64,000 nucleotides of DNA from Narcine bancroftii (GCF_036971445.1 NC_091477.1:17856001-17920000), one strand, 5' to 3'; positions 1 through 11,774 are shown, counted from the stretch's first letter. A program made the numbers and translations. The notes: generated by a model not told the origin, from the sequence alone.

Positions 1-240
1 TCCGCTAACAACGAAAGGATAATGACCAGCTAATCTGGTTCTCATTGTTTGATGTAAGTATCAGACAAATAAAGAACAAACCATAAGTCAAGATCATCTA
101 TAAATCTCATACCATGTTGCTCTGTGTAACGACACATTGTTTGTGAAAGCAACAAACCTTTCAAATGTATTTGTTTGCCCACTTGACCAATGAGCCCAAC
201 AGCAGAACCACCAGATGGTGCTGCTAACCACTAACCATCT
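1..240 (-). mobile_element. Degenerate Deu-domain SINE (SacSINE1/AmnSINE-like) fragment
   Basis: Reverse complement of 1-55 reads ...AACCAGATTAGCTGGTCATTATC..., resembling the Deu-domain motif ACAGATTATCTGGTCATTATC. The right boundary is a guess. Confidence 0.4.
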
Positions 241-391
241 CAATCAGACTGTAATTCAGTTTTCTGTTCAGTAATGTGCCTTATTCTGTTTGGGGGTGAC
301 ACATGTCTATCTAAGACATGCTTTTCAGATTCTGTTTCAGATTCTTCTACCTTCTGAACACTTGTATAGCCCATTAATATTTATTTTCCTT

Positions 392-960
392 TTCTTTTTA
401 ATATATTTTTATTGATTTGGAAGATAAAAATATTACATATTGACCACACATTAACCATACAACTTAAAACAATACAGAATAGGAATTATAAGTAGATTAT
501 TACTTTGTCTTGAATACAATGAAAACTCCCTTAGGAAAACTACACCTCATTATCTAATATTTCATGGTAAATTATCTATTTAGAGTAATATAAAGAGAAA
601 AAGGAAAAGAAAGTGAAGGAAAGAAAATAAGAGGACCCCCCCCCCCCAACTAAACATGCTCACCAGTGAATGATATATGAAGAATTGAGTTTCAGCTCCC
701 AGAAATGGACAGGAAACCCCCAGAGGACCCACACCTATGTATTCAAATAATGATAATAGTCCATAAATGAGCCCCGTACCTTGTCAAATTCAATAATGAA
801 CTCTATTATATCTAATATCCTGTATCCATTGCATACGAGTTGGTGGTAATATTTCTCACCTGCAAGAAAATTATGCAGGAAAATATCTCTCCTCAATATC
901 ACTCCTTGACACGTAGGACTCATATTTTCCACTGGTTCACTTTGCTGTTTATCTCTATGA
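392..960 (-). mobile_element. Degenerate L1-like LINE 3' end
   Basis: T-rich tail with TTTATT (minus-strand AATAAA plus poly-A) at about 395-415, a poly-C tract, and a CCATAAATGAGCCCC motif shared with the L1 fragment at about 55775. Confidence 0.5.
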
Positions 961-1824
961 ATAGTAGTTCTCAATTTAATATGAAAGCCTCAGAAATCAT
1001 ATATACATCTAACCCAATTTATCCCCATTTGCAGGATTTGAACACTTTTTATCTAGGCTACCAGGGTGGCAGACAGAATTCTTTGAATCTGACAGAAGCC
1101 TCTAATTCTGGTTTGTCTGTTTCAGCTGGTCATTGCATTCTCCATATTTCAAATATTCCTCCCACATCCTAGATTGAACTGAATGTAATTGGCCGGAGAT
1201 AGTCCCCAATAATTGCTGACCACTGTCTCATGTTTGACAGTACATGTGTGGAGGCCCGAAGCTTGCTTGAGAAAATTCTTGCTTGAGAAATCAACTGATT
1301 TGAGTGGGATGTTCCTGTTTGCAAAATAGCTGCATCCTAAGTAAGTGATTGCATATTGGGCTAATTCTGAGAGTCACCATTGAAGAGTATAGTGCCTGGG
1401 TCTTAATCTAAAATGCAAATCTTATCTGTTCATTACTAATTTATATAAATTTGATACAAATTCTTTGAAAGTATACTTTTTATGTTATATATCTTAAATG
1501 TGCATTCAGTTATATAATTGCAATAAATTAATTGAAATTTCTCTGAAGGATTATTTTTAATAATTCTGTCATATAATCCATTAATTACTTTAATTTGCAA
1601 AAAAAATCAGTAATGACAGCTATTTAATTATACATATTTTAATATAGAAAGGTTTTATAAATAGAATGAATAATACTGAGAATGGTCAAATAATATTAAC
1701 AAACACAAAATTAACAATGTTGCTGAACTGTGAACATTAAATATAATTCTTTGTTTTGCCTGTTTCATTCATGCAACAGAAAACAAAGGATGGAACTGAA
1801 CAGTAATGACATTTTTCAGAAATG

Positions 1825-2310
1825 AATGTGTATTGTCAAGGAGTTGGGGGTGAAGGCTGGGGGTTATAGGTTAGGGGGTTGCTCTGGCAATGGGTTGGAT
1901 AGAACAAAGCTTATTCCTTGGGTTGGAGGTGGACCAGAGTTCAATCAGTTCATGGGAGATGAGAGCAGAGGGATTGTAGTTTACGGTCCTGGGTTGGTTA
2001 CAGGGTGGTTAGGAGAGAAACTGAGCTGTTGGTCCGAGGTGGGGAGGCCACAGCAACCCAGAATCAGGTTAAGGATCAGAAGCAGCAATGAAGTACGTGG
2101 CAGGAGGCTGAATGTGATTGATGTTAAAGTCTCCATTGGAGGCTTTTGGTGAGTTGGAAGATTGGGGTGGTGACAAATTGAGACAGCTATGAAAAAGGGT
2201 GATGTTGGAGGTTAAGCCAAAACCATTGAAGGTAATTAAAGGATTTGTACAGTGCTCAATGATACATGCAGTTAGGACAATGTGATCCAACAAACCATTC
2301 ATGTTTGACA
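1825..2310 (-). mobile_element. Ancient LINE (L2/CR1-like) endonuclease-region fragment
   Basis: Minus-strand translation contains GDFNI (AP-endonuclease motif). Composition differs from the flanks. Confidence 0.35.
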
Positions 2311-2702
2311 AGAAATTGCAAGGAAATTGACATTATAATTTTCATCAATGTAAGGGTGACTCTGGACAAGAATTGGAAACTCATTTCTAGTTTGACAGGA
2401 AATGAGTAGAATGGACATTATTTGATTTTAGTCTAGGGAAAAAAAAACTACATAATGATGACAAAAAGTGTTGGGTGATGGAATTTCTACACAAATGTAA
2501 TTGTACTGATGCACCTGGTGGTTTTTATAATACAGCCACTCCATGTTTAACATAATGTGAAATGTGACTTCACACTGTTTCAACAGCCAAAAAAAGCAGA
2601 GAATATTTTCTTATTTGTTTTACATGCATTTGAGTTGAAACATAACCTTCTGAACTTTCCCTTTCAAAGAGTTCTTCTGATAATAGCCAGTGTCAGGATA
2701 AA

Positions 2703-4735
2703 AATCAGAACAAGAATTTATTATCATGAACAGATCATGAAAATTGGCGGCAGCATCACAGTAAGTCACCTTGCAAAATAAAAATAGTGCAAGAAAAATA
2801 AAAAGTCAAAGTGAGGTAGTGTTTGTGGTTCATTGTTCATTCAGGAATCTGATGGCAGAGGGGAAACAACTGTCCTTTTGCCGCTGAGTGCTCATGTTCA
2901 GGCTCCTGTAACTTTTGCCCGATAGTAGCAGAGTGAAGCGAGCATGGCCTGGATGGTGAGGGTCCTTGAGGATAGGGGCTGCTTTCTTAGGATACTGCCC
3001 CTCTTGTAGATGTGCTTGATGGAGTGAAGACTGGTGCCCATGATATCATAGGCTGAGTTAACAACCCTCTGGAGATTTTTCTCGTCCTGAGCATTGGCAT
3101 CTCTGTACCAGACAGTGGTGCAACCAGCCAAAATGCTCTCCATGGTACACCTGTAAAAGTTTTTTGAGACAATTCAGTGACATAATGAATCTCCTCAAGT
3201 ACCTCGCAATGTATATCTGCCGGCTAGCCTTCTTTATGATTACATTGACATGGAAGCTCCAGGACAGATCTTCGGAGATGTTGACACCAGGAATTTGAAG
3301 TTTTTTGATGCTCTATACTGCTAACCCCTCGATGAGGACTAGCTTGTGTTCTTCGGGATTCCCCCTAAAGTCCACAATTATCTCTTTGGTTTTACTAATG
3401 TAGAGTGCAACGGTGATGTTGTGATACCACACCACTAGCTGATCTATCTGCATCCAATATCTTTCCTCATTGGTGTCTGGGATTCTGCTGATAACTATGG
3501 TGTCATCTGCAAAATTGTAGATAGTATTTGAATTGTGCCTGGCCACACAGACATGGGTGTAGAGCGAGTAGAGCAGAGGGCCATGCACATATCCTTGAGG
3601 AACCTCTGTGTTGATCATTAGTGAGGAGGAGACATCATTTCTGCTATGGAGAGGGTCCAGTCCTTGACTTAGGTGTCTGACAATTTTGGCCATGACCAAC
3701 CTCTCAAAGCATTTAATCACAGTGGATGTTAGTGCTACTGGGTGGTCGTCATTGAGGCAGCTCACTCTAATCTTATTGGGCACCAGGACTATTGTTGCCC
3801 TTTTGAAGCAGATGGGAAACTCCGACTGCAGATTTGAGAGATTGAAAATGGTTGTGAACACTCTGGCTAGTTGGTTGGTACAGATTTTCAGTACTTTTCC
3901 TGGTGTGCATCAGGACTTGAAGCCTTGAGAGCATTCACCCTCTTGAATGATGTTCTGATGTCAGCCTCAGAGACAAATACCACAGAGCGCTAAGCCTATG
4001 TCGAGATTCTTGTAAGCACTGTTGAGTTCTCCTTCTCAAGGTGGGCATAGAAGGTGTTTGGCTCATCGGATAATGAAGCAGCACAGCCGTTCACCCTCGC
4101 TTGGTGGGATGCTATGGGCTGCAGTCCCTGCCATAGCTAGCATGTTCATCTGTCTCTATCTCTAGTTTCCTGCAGAATTGCTTCTTTGTTGCTGAGACAG
4201 CCTTCTGCATGGATGTCTTTGATCTCTCCCTCAGCTGGTTGAGAATCTTTTGATTCATCCAAGGCTTCTAGTTGGGGAATATTCCGAAATGCTGGAGGAT
4301 CTCAGCCCGTCTTTTCAGCATCCATAGGAGGTAAAGACATATTGTTGATGTTTTGGCCCTAAGCCCTTCTATACACTAAAATACTGGATGAACACAGTCC
4401 CAAAACATCGGCAATATATGTTTACCTCCTATGGACACTGAAAAAACTGATTGAGTTCCTCCAGCATTTCGGTGTTTTTTTTTTTAGTACAATCACAGTG
4501 TCTGCAGACTTTCGTGCTTCACTTCTAGCTGGGGAACTTCCAGAATGTGCATGTAGCCGCAAACTTGCCCTCAGAGGTTTTGATGAAGCTGTTGATGCGT
4601 GTTGCATATTCATTCAAGTCTAAAGATGAGTCCTTGAATATGGTCCAGTCCACTACCAATTCTAAAGAATCCTGCAGGCATTTGTCTGTCTCCATCAACC
4701 ATATTTTCACAGTGTGACATTGCATCTGCCAGTCT
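2703..4735 (-). mobile_element. Rex-Babar-like LINE, decayed, RT to 3' end
   Basis: ORF remnants FKRATIVLVP..VSCLNDDHPVALTSTVIKCFERLV, VPQG..GPLLYSLYTH, YNFADD, ESILAGCTTVWY. Tail CAGAATTTATT at about 2705. Interrupted at 4280-4521. Confidence 0.85.
4280..4521. mobile_element. Small fold-back Penelope-derived insertion with 15-bp TSD
   Basis: TSD CTTCTAG(T/C)TGGGGAA at 4265-4279 and 4522-4536. Arms about 4285-4370 and 4397-4472 are inverted copies of the Penelope-type terminal repeat seen elsewhere in the window. Confidence 0.75.
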
Positions 4736-5285
4736 CAGTCAGCTTCTACATTGTAGAAGAGTACTACAAAACCATTGGGTGATTTGTAGTTCAGAACACA
4801 AGTAAGTCTACAGTGCTGACAAGCAGTGCTTCACTGAAAACATTATGCAGAATATTATTAACCATGTAATGATATACAACAGTACCAATCAACTCAATCT
4901 TTGGCTTGTGTCAATCACAAAATTACATGAAAAATAATCTTGCATTAATACAGAATCCTTCCCAACCCTTTTACTATGGTCTAAAATGCTTTATAGCCTG
5001 TAAGCTATCTTTGAGGCGAGGTCACAATTTATTCATAGCACGCATCCACAAGAGAAACATGATCACAGTCTCCTTGAGGAACAAAGAACATTAAAGCACT
5101 GTACAGGCCCTTCGGTCCATGATGTTGTGCTGACCTATAATTATTTACCCCCCCACCCCCCGCTAAAAACCTGAACCCTCTCTTCCTCATACCTCTCTAT
5201 TTTTCTTTCGTCCATGTGCCTGTCTTCTTTTTCTTCTTTGGCTTGGCTTCGCGGACGAAGATTTATGGAGGGGGTAAAAAAAAGG

Positions 5286-5938
5286 GACGTGGAGGGGGAG
5301 GACGTGGAGGGGGAGGACGTGGAGGGGGAGGACGTGGAGGGGGAGGACGTGGAGGGGGAGGACGTGGAGGGGGAGGACGTGGAGGGGGAGGACGTGGAGG
5401 GGGAGGACGTGGAGGGGGAGGACGTGGAGGGGGAGGACGTGGAGGGGGAGGACGTGGAGGGGGAGGACGTGGAGGGGGAGGACGTGGAGGGGGAGGACGT
5501 GGAGGGGGAGGACGTGGAGGGGGAGGACGTGGAGGGGGAGGACGTGGAGGGGGAGGACGTGGAGGGGGAGGACGTGGAGGGGGAGGACGTGGAGGGGGAG
5601 GACGTGGAGGGGGAGGACGTGGAGGGGGAGGACGTGGAGGGGGAGGACGTGGAGGGGGAGGACGTGGAGGGGGAGGACGTGGAGGGGGAGGACGTGGAGG
5701 GGGAGGACGTGGAGGGGGAGGACGTGGAGGGGGAGGACGTGGAGGGGGAGGACGTGGAGGGGGAGGACGTGGAGGGGGAGGACGTGGAGGGGGAGGACGT
5801 GGAGGGGGAGGACGTGGAGGGGGAGGACGTGGAGGGGGAGGACGTGGAGGGGGAGGACGTGGAGGGGGAGGACGTGGAGGGGGAGGACGTGGAGGGGGAG
5901 GACGTGGAGGGGGAGGACGTGGAGGGGGAGGACGTGGA
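5286..5938. repeat. Perfect 15-bp minisatellite (GACGTGGAGGGGGAG) x43 plus a partial unit
   Basis: Direct reading; no variant units seen. Confidence 0.98.
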
Positions 5939-6159
5939 CCTGTCCTCGGGCCTGCGCAAAGGAGCTTTTAGGTGGAGTGCAGTGCGCGCAGTACTGGCCC
6001 CACCCTTTACACCCATGGTTCGTGTGCCGTGGCCAAGCAAGCTGGGACGTGGCAGCGAGGTCCTTGGGTCGTAGGTTTTATATCGGAGTGGCCTTCTCCT
6101 ATGCAGGTTTCTTACCCGGGCTGGAGGGGCCTGCCTCCCCTCCTAGGTCGGTCCATACT

Positions 6160-6635
6160 GTCCGGACCGGGGCCGAGGCCGCCGCAGTTCACCCTGTGCC
6201 TGGACTGGGGCCACCGCCTCCCACTCCCTGCCCGGACCGGGGCCTCCGCCTGCCTCACTCGACCGAGGCCGGGGCCGCCGTCTCCCCCTTGCTCCTGCCC
6301 GTATCGGGGCCGCCGCCGTCTACCCTTCGCCCGGACCGGGGCCGGGGCCGCTGCTGCTCTCCCTGTGCCTGGACTGGGGCCGCCGCCTCCCACTCCCTGT
6401 CCGGACCGGGGCCTCCGCCTGCCTCACTCGACCGAGGCCGGGGCCGCCGTCTCCCCCTTGCTCCTGCCCGTATCGGGGCCGCCGCCGTCTACCCTTCGCC
6501 CGGACCGAGGCCGGGGCCGCTGCTGCTCTCCCTGTGCCCGGACTGGGGCCGCCGTCTCCCCCTTGCTCCTGCCCGGATCGGGGCCGCCGCCGTCTACCCT
6601 TCGCCCGGACCGGGGCCGGGGCCGCTGCTGCTCTC
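6160..6635. repeat. CpG-rich higher-order tandem repeat (169-bp period built from about 30-40-bp CCGGACCGGGGCC monomers)
   Basis: Unit starts at 6162, 6331 and 6500, with a shortened unit to 6605. Confidence 0.9.
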
Positions 6636-7828
6636 CCTGTCTAAAAGCTTTTTAAATCCTCCTTTTGTACCAGCCTTCACCACTACCCTGGGCCATGCAT
6701 TCCAGGTATCCATGCCTCTCTCTGTAAAACAAAAATACATACCTCTGATGTCTTCGCCAAAATTTCCTCCTTTCACAAGGATAAATATTGGTTGAGATTT
6801 TGGGGCTAAGTCTTTATTATGAAGGGACAAATGGAGCCCAATTTAGTGGTGCAACCATTCCGCAATAGTGCAGTGAAGTATCGGTATTATTATTCTCAAG
6901 TGTCTGGAGCAGGTCTTGAATCTTGGTTCTCAGAAACAAAAGCATTTTCAATATATCTTTATAAGCAGCAAGTTATTCTAAAAGCTGAAATTGAAAAAAT
7001 AAAGGTACATTTTAAATTTGTACATGACAATGCCAAATTAATTTTATTCCAGTTTGATTGGAAAAATCACAGAGCAGTAAGCCATAAAAAATTTCTCCTC
7101 CTGGTCTTAAGGCATCAAGCATGATTTGCTTCCATAACCATATAACCATATAACCGTTTACAGCATGGAAACAGGCCATGTCGGCCCTTCAAGTCCGTAC
7201 CGGTTCACTTGAACAACTCCACTAGCTCTTCCGCAAACTCCTGAGAAAGTAGAGGCTTTCTTCATGATGCAGTCCAGTCCTGCGTTTACCTTCATTCTTT
7301 GCAGGAGGTGTCTGATAAGGTCAGTAGCTAGGAAGATATGGTCCTTCCACCATTAACACTGGGTTTCTCTCTGCTCTGGGCAAAGTTGTCTATGCTACCC
7401 CAAATGCTCCATCACCATTGTGAATAGTAATGGGGTTGAAATTCCCAGTGGCTGGAGGGATGTTACACTTTTATAAGCAGACCATATGAACATTCTCAAT
7501 TTTTTTTTCTGGTTCCACCTAATAAGCCTTTGCTGTGACAGAACATGGAATAGAGTGCCCATTTTATGAATCTGGTATCAGGCATCAGGTAGTTGCCCAT
7601 TACAATTAAGGCCTCAGTTTTGAGAGTTTGCATAGAAGAGGATACTGATATTAGTTTACTTATTCTGCCAATGGATTTGAAAGAATGAGGTTATTTCTCA
7701 GTGCTTTGGGATTTCTGTTGCCGGTAATCTCTGATTTAGAAGAATATAAAAGCACAGAGGCTTGGAAGTATGAGTTCTGCCAGATTTGAAGTCTAGATTG
7801 TCAAAAGCTGTATTTTTCTGAAAGAGAG

Positions 7829-8090
7829 AGTGGTACAGTTGATGTAGTGGTTAGGGCAATGCCTTTACAGCATCCGCCATTGGGACCAAGTTTCGAATCC
7901 CACTCTGTCTGTAAGGAGTTTGTATGCTGTCTGTGTGGGTTTTCCCTGGGGGCTCCGGTTTACTCTCACCATTCGAAAGGTTAATTGGGTGTAAATTGGG
8001 CGGCACGGGCTCGTGGGCTGAGGGCTCGTGGGCTGAAATGGCCCATTATTATGCTGTGTGTCCAAATTTTTTTAAAATTAAAATTAAAAA
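7829..8090 (+). mobile_element. HE1-like V-SINE (tRNA-derived)
   Basis: A-box-like TGTAGTGGTTAG, B-box-like TTCGAATCCC, V-domain GTCTGTGTGGGTTTTCCCTGGGGGCTCCGGTTT, CR1-like tail, (TAAAAT)n end. Confidence 0.85.
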
Positions 8091-8700
8091 CAATATATAA
8101 TATGCTGGCACACTGAAGGCAATAGTGAATTCCATGCCTACCTTTGTTGAGACCTGGTTCTTGATATACTAAAAAAAATTCCACATTTTTTTAGATCTCC
8201 TGGTGGTCCTTTATTATCAGAAGATGATGGTGCAGAGGACGTTTCTTTGGCAGGTGTTAAATGTAAAGGCCATTCACTTGTCCTTTAGTGAATGAGTTGA
8301 AGATAACTTTGCTTAGTCTACATGCAAGCCATGGCAATACCTAAGAGTTGTGTGTGTACTGTGTATCAGTTTATCTGCAATTTTCTGACCAGGAAAGTGA
8401 ATGGTTGAGGCAAAGTTTATTAATTACCAATGCAATGTTGAGCACAGCTCAGTTTTTCCCGAGTAGCAGATTCTGTACAAAAAAATTAACCAGTAAACTA
8501 TTTATTGGAACTGTCCACATACCCATATACATATTTACTATGGAACCAATATATAAGGTCACCATGAGAATTATCACGTTACCTGTGATTTGAAATTAAA
8601 TCATGTTATATTCCATAGCAATGAAGTAGCAGTCTTTAGGACTGTGTCTGAGATGCTCCTGGAACTACCTTTTTACTATTGGAATCATCTTTGCTGTATC

Positions 8701-9083
8701 CAGAGTCAGAATCAGAAGAGATCTAATGGGGGGGGGGGGGGTATTAGGGTAACCGGGGAGGTCACAAATTGCTCTTTGAAAACTCATTCAGTTTGGGGAG
8801 GGGAAGGAGGAGGTGCCATATCTGCCATGGACCTCCTCCATCCGTCGCGCCGTCACACTTCCCCCCTCTCTCTGCCATTTCAGTCAAATGTGCGTGCTTA
8901 TAGCACGTGGAGTTGAAACCACATGGTCCACTTTGGTGACACGCCCTCTGTTGGCATTACCTGGTGCAGTTCGCAACCCTCTTGTGACGCTAATGCTGTG
9001 GGTAAGTGGAGGGGGAACAATAACTCATTTGGGGAGGGCATGGCCCGCGAATTCCCTGCCCCCCCCCCATGACACCGAGCCTG
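8701..9083. mobile_element. hAT-type non-autonomous DNA transposon (MITE)
   Basis: Perfect 8-bp TSD GCTGTATC at 8693-8700 and 9084-9091. Imperfect TIRs CAGAGTCAGAATCA / TGACACCGAGCCTG. A related copy lies at 43236. Confidence 0.8.
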
Positions 9084-10080
9084 GCTGTATCTAGGATATT
9101 CAGCAATTTTTAGAATCCCTTGAGAACTTCTGTGAAGACAGAGTCAAGGAATTGGCCAAAATGATCCACTTAGTGTTTCTGATAGAATATGGTGAAATGT
9201 TGCAAGCTTGTCCATTGGACACATGCTCTAGTTTCTTCCATCAACGAGGATGCGGACTTTTATGGAATATCGTGTGCCTATTAGGTACACAATTCATGTG
9301 GCAAGATTGGTTTTAAGTGATCTACCTTTTGCATACATTGATATGACTTGACAATTAAATTTACAATTGACAGAAAATCAAAAATAGCTTTACTGTTCCT
9401 TATTTCATATCACCCCCTTTATTATGCAGTGGATGTGATGTACATTGTCAGCAGTACCACTCTTTTTGATATAAATGAAATATTGCTATTTCAGTAAAAA
9501 AATCTTCTCAGATTAGAAACAAAGATTTTCCAGTTACCAAAATGTAATTAGTTGTTCACTAATCAATTGCACCTCAAATCTGTTGAAAGGAGAAATCTGT
9601 GAAATGATGACAGACAGTAATGGAGTCTGTAATTAGAATAGAGTTCTCTGAAGAATGTACAGCTGCTATGAGTGTTTTTTTTCTATTCTGATGAAAGCAA
9701 TTTTTGCTTGAATCAGGATTACAGTTATATTAGGATTTCTCCCAAATGACTGCTTTGCAAAATCTGGATGCCAAGCTAAGCTAGTCATTTATTCGGCAAT
9801 TTAACTGGAAAATAAAAAGCACAGGAGCTGTGGTTGGTGTTCATCCATGGTAAGGATGCCATCAAAATTTTTGTTTTCTTTTTACTATATTATTAATGAA
9901 AGCTCCTATCTATAAAAACATTCCAGCTACCTCTAAATCTGGATGAATAAATATAATAGAGACGAGAATTGATAAAACAGTGAAACTTTTACTTTCACCA
10001 TTTAATGTTGCAGTAAGTCACAGTTAATAGCACTGAAAGGGGTAGACTCATTTAACAACTCTTACTTTTGCATTTTATAA

Positions 10081-10433
10081 GTGTTTTTTAGACAGCAATG
10101 TTGGAACAATCTGTGGAAAAATGTTAACATATATTAGCATAATTCCTCATCTTGTGGTCGTTTACACTGCACGCTTTAAAATCCTGTCCTTGTTAGGCCC
10201 GGTGCTTTTACGTGGAGCAACATGACCTGAGTCATCAGCTGGGCATCGAATTCATGAGGTGAGTTTTGCAGGGCAAGTTAGACTGCAGGCTTCCCCCGAA
10301 ATGTAGTAGGGTCCTGCAGGATAAATCGTGGTGCCAGAATTAACTAAAAAATCCTGCACTTTCCTTTACACACTGCCCATGAAATGGCAAATTTTCTTGA
10401 ATGTCCTGTTACATGCCTGCAGTCTAAAAACAC
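10081..10433. mobile_element. PIF/Harbinger-type MITE
   Basis: TIRs GTGTTTTTTAGACAGCA / TGCAGTCTAAAAACAC flanked by TAA at 10078-10080 and 10434-10436. Confidence 0.75.
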
Positions 10434-10439
10434 TAATTG

Positions 10440-10620
10440 ATTTTTTTCTCTCTATATTGCAGTCAGTTTGTTTACATTTCTTCATTTGTTTACATGTATA
10501 CGTTAAGTGCAGTTTTTATTGCACTATCGATAAGTGGCAATTCTGCCTCGTCCGCAGAAAAAAAAATCTCAGGGTTTTATATGATCATATATGTACCCTG
10601 ACAATAAATCTGACATCTGA
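10440..10620 (+). mobile_element. Rex-Babar-like LINE 3' tail
   Basis: CTGACAATAAATCTGACATCTGA end mirrors the minus-strand tail at 20487. Confidence 0.6.
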
Positions 10621-10794
10621 AACTAGTTGGCAATGTTCTCAGATTTGTATTATCCAATCTTGAACAGCAATACAATGGTGTTGTGGTGGTAAAATGGAGT
10701 CTATTGGCCCAGACTAACAATCCAGAGAAACAAGCTAAAACCTAACATCAAAGTGATTGGAAACTTCAATTCAATGTAGTAATTATTGTGGATT

Positions 10795-11355
10795 GAGGAT
10801 TGAGTTCAAGACTCGAGAGGTTATGTTGCAGTTCCACAAATCTCTGGTGAGACTACACTTAAAATATTGTGTTCAGTTCTGGTCACTTCATGATAGGATT
10901 GGTGTGGAAGCTATGGAGAAGGTGCAAAGGAGATTTACTAGGATGTTGCCTGGACTGGAAAATAAGCCTTATCAAGCAAGGTTAGCAGAGATAGAGCGAA
11001 GAAAAATGAAAGGTGATATAATGGAGGTCTACAAAAATTTGAAGGTCACAGATAAGATAGAGAGCCATTGCTTTTTTTCCTCCAGGGCAAGAGTAGAGGA
11101 CATCTAAACAAAGTGAGGGGAGAAAAGTTTAAGGGAGACGTCAGGGGTAAGTTTTTTCACACAGAATTGTGGGTGCCTGGAATATCTTGCCAGGGGTGGT
11201 GGTAGAGGCTGAAACATTAGGAGCATTTTAGAGTCTCTTAGGCAGCCACATGAATGAAAGAAAAATAGAGGGCTACGAGGTGAGGAGAGTTTATTTATTT
11301 TTTGGTAGGAATGTTGAGGGCCAAAGGGCTTGTGCTGTGGTGTTCTATGTTCTAA
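10795..11355 (+). mobile_element. CR1 LINE 3' fragment
   Basis: VMLQFHKSLVRLHLKYCVQFWS...EKVQRRFTRMLPGL, then a CR1 3'UTR and a (GTTCTAT)n tail. Confidence 0.9.
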
Positions 11356-11400
11356 TGATCACCTAGAGCAGCCTTTCTATACCTTATTTTGGTTATGACC

Positions 11401-11622
11401 TGTGGTGATACGACTGTGATGGTGCTATGCCATTGGCACTGTATTTCTGTGAATGGCTACCCTGCCTCCTCCCTGTAACTCCTCCCCCTGGAATTCCCCA
11501 ATGAAGGCAAGTATGCCCAAGTCTGGAATTGGGCCAGCAGCAGGAGCATGTGTCCATTCTTATGGTGATAAAAGACTGTCGTCTAGTAACTCCAATTTTT
11601 TGGTGTTATTGATAATGTATCA
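11401..11622 (+). mobile_element. Solo LTR (Gypsy-type)
   Basis: TG...CA ends and 5-bp TSD TGACC at 11396-11400 and 11623-11627. The 3' end resembles the LTR at 34241-34447. Confidence 0.8.
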
Positions 11623-11774
11623 TGACCCCCTTAGAACTCTGCTCAAAATTTGTGGGCTCCTTTCCCTGTGAAGCAGATGAACTTAGATGGTTTGTTCTGT
11701 ACTTCTCTCTTACTAACTACATAAAAAAACAAAAAAAAAAGATTGATCTCCATGGTTCCCCCTTAAATGTATTG

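Larger units (their letters stand above)
5226..6635 (-). mobile_element. Composite non-autonomous RTE-derived retroposon (GC-rich repeat head, RTE-type 5' region, VNTR, RTE 3' tail)
   Basis: Tail 5226-5283 is nearly identical to the RTE tails at 55041 and 63673. TSD CCTGTCT at 5219-5225 and 6636-6642. 5938-6160 has an RTE-5'UTR-like ATAGGAGAAGG...TATAAAACC motif on the minus strand. Confidence 0.75.
5085..6777 (-). mobile_element. CR1 LINE 3' end split by the 5226-6635 insertion
   Basis: 5085-5225 and 6636-6777 join into a CR1 3' region matching the uninterrupted copy at about 53515-53770 (CAGGCCCTTCGG...CATGTGCCTGTCTAAAAGC...). Confidence 0.8.

Noticed and set aside
5286-5938. CRISPR-like array
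   Set aside because: Contiguous identical units with no spacers, no cas genes, and a eukaryotic context.
6020-6160. HDV-like ribozyme in the RTE 5' region (minus-strand GGACCTCGCTGCC resembles L3)
   Set aside because: P3 is mismatched and P1/P2 partners could not be assigned by eye. Only a simple GGAGGGG/CCCCTCC hairpin is evident.
5214-6795. Long plus-strand ORFs (EGEDV, GGGGR and Pro/Gly-rich frames) as host genes
   Set aside because: They are generated by stop-free GC-rich tandem repeats inside a retroposon.
7829-7915. tRNA gene
   Set aside because: The A and B boxes belong to a SINE head; there is no cloverleaf.
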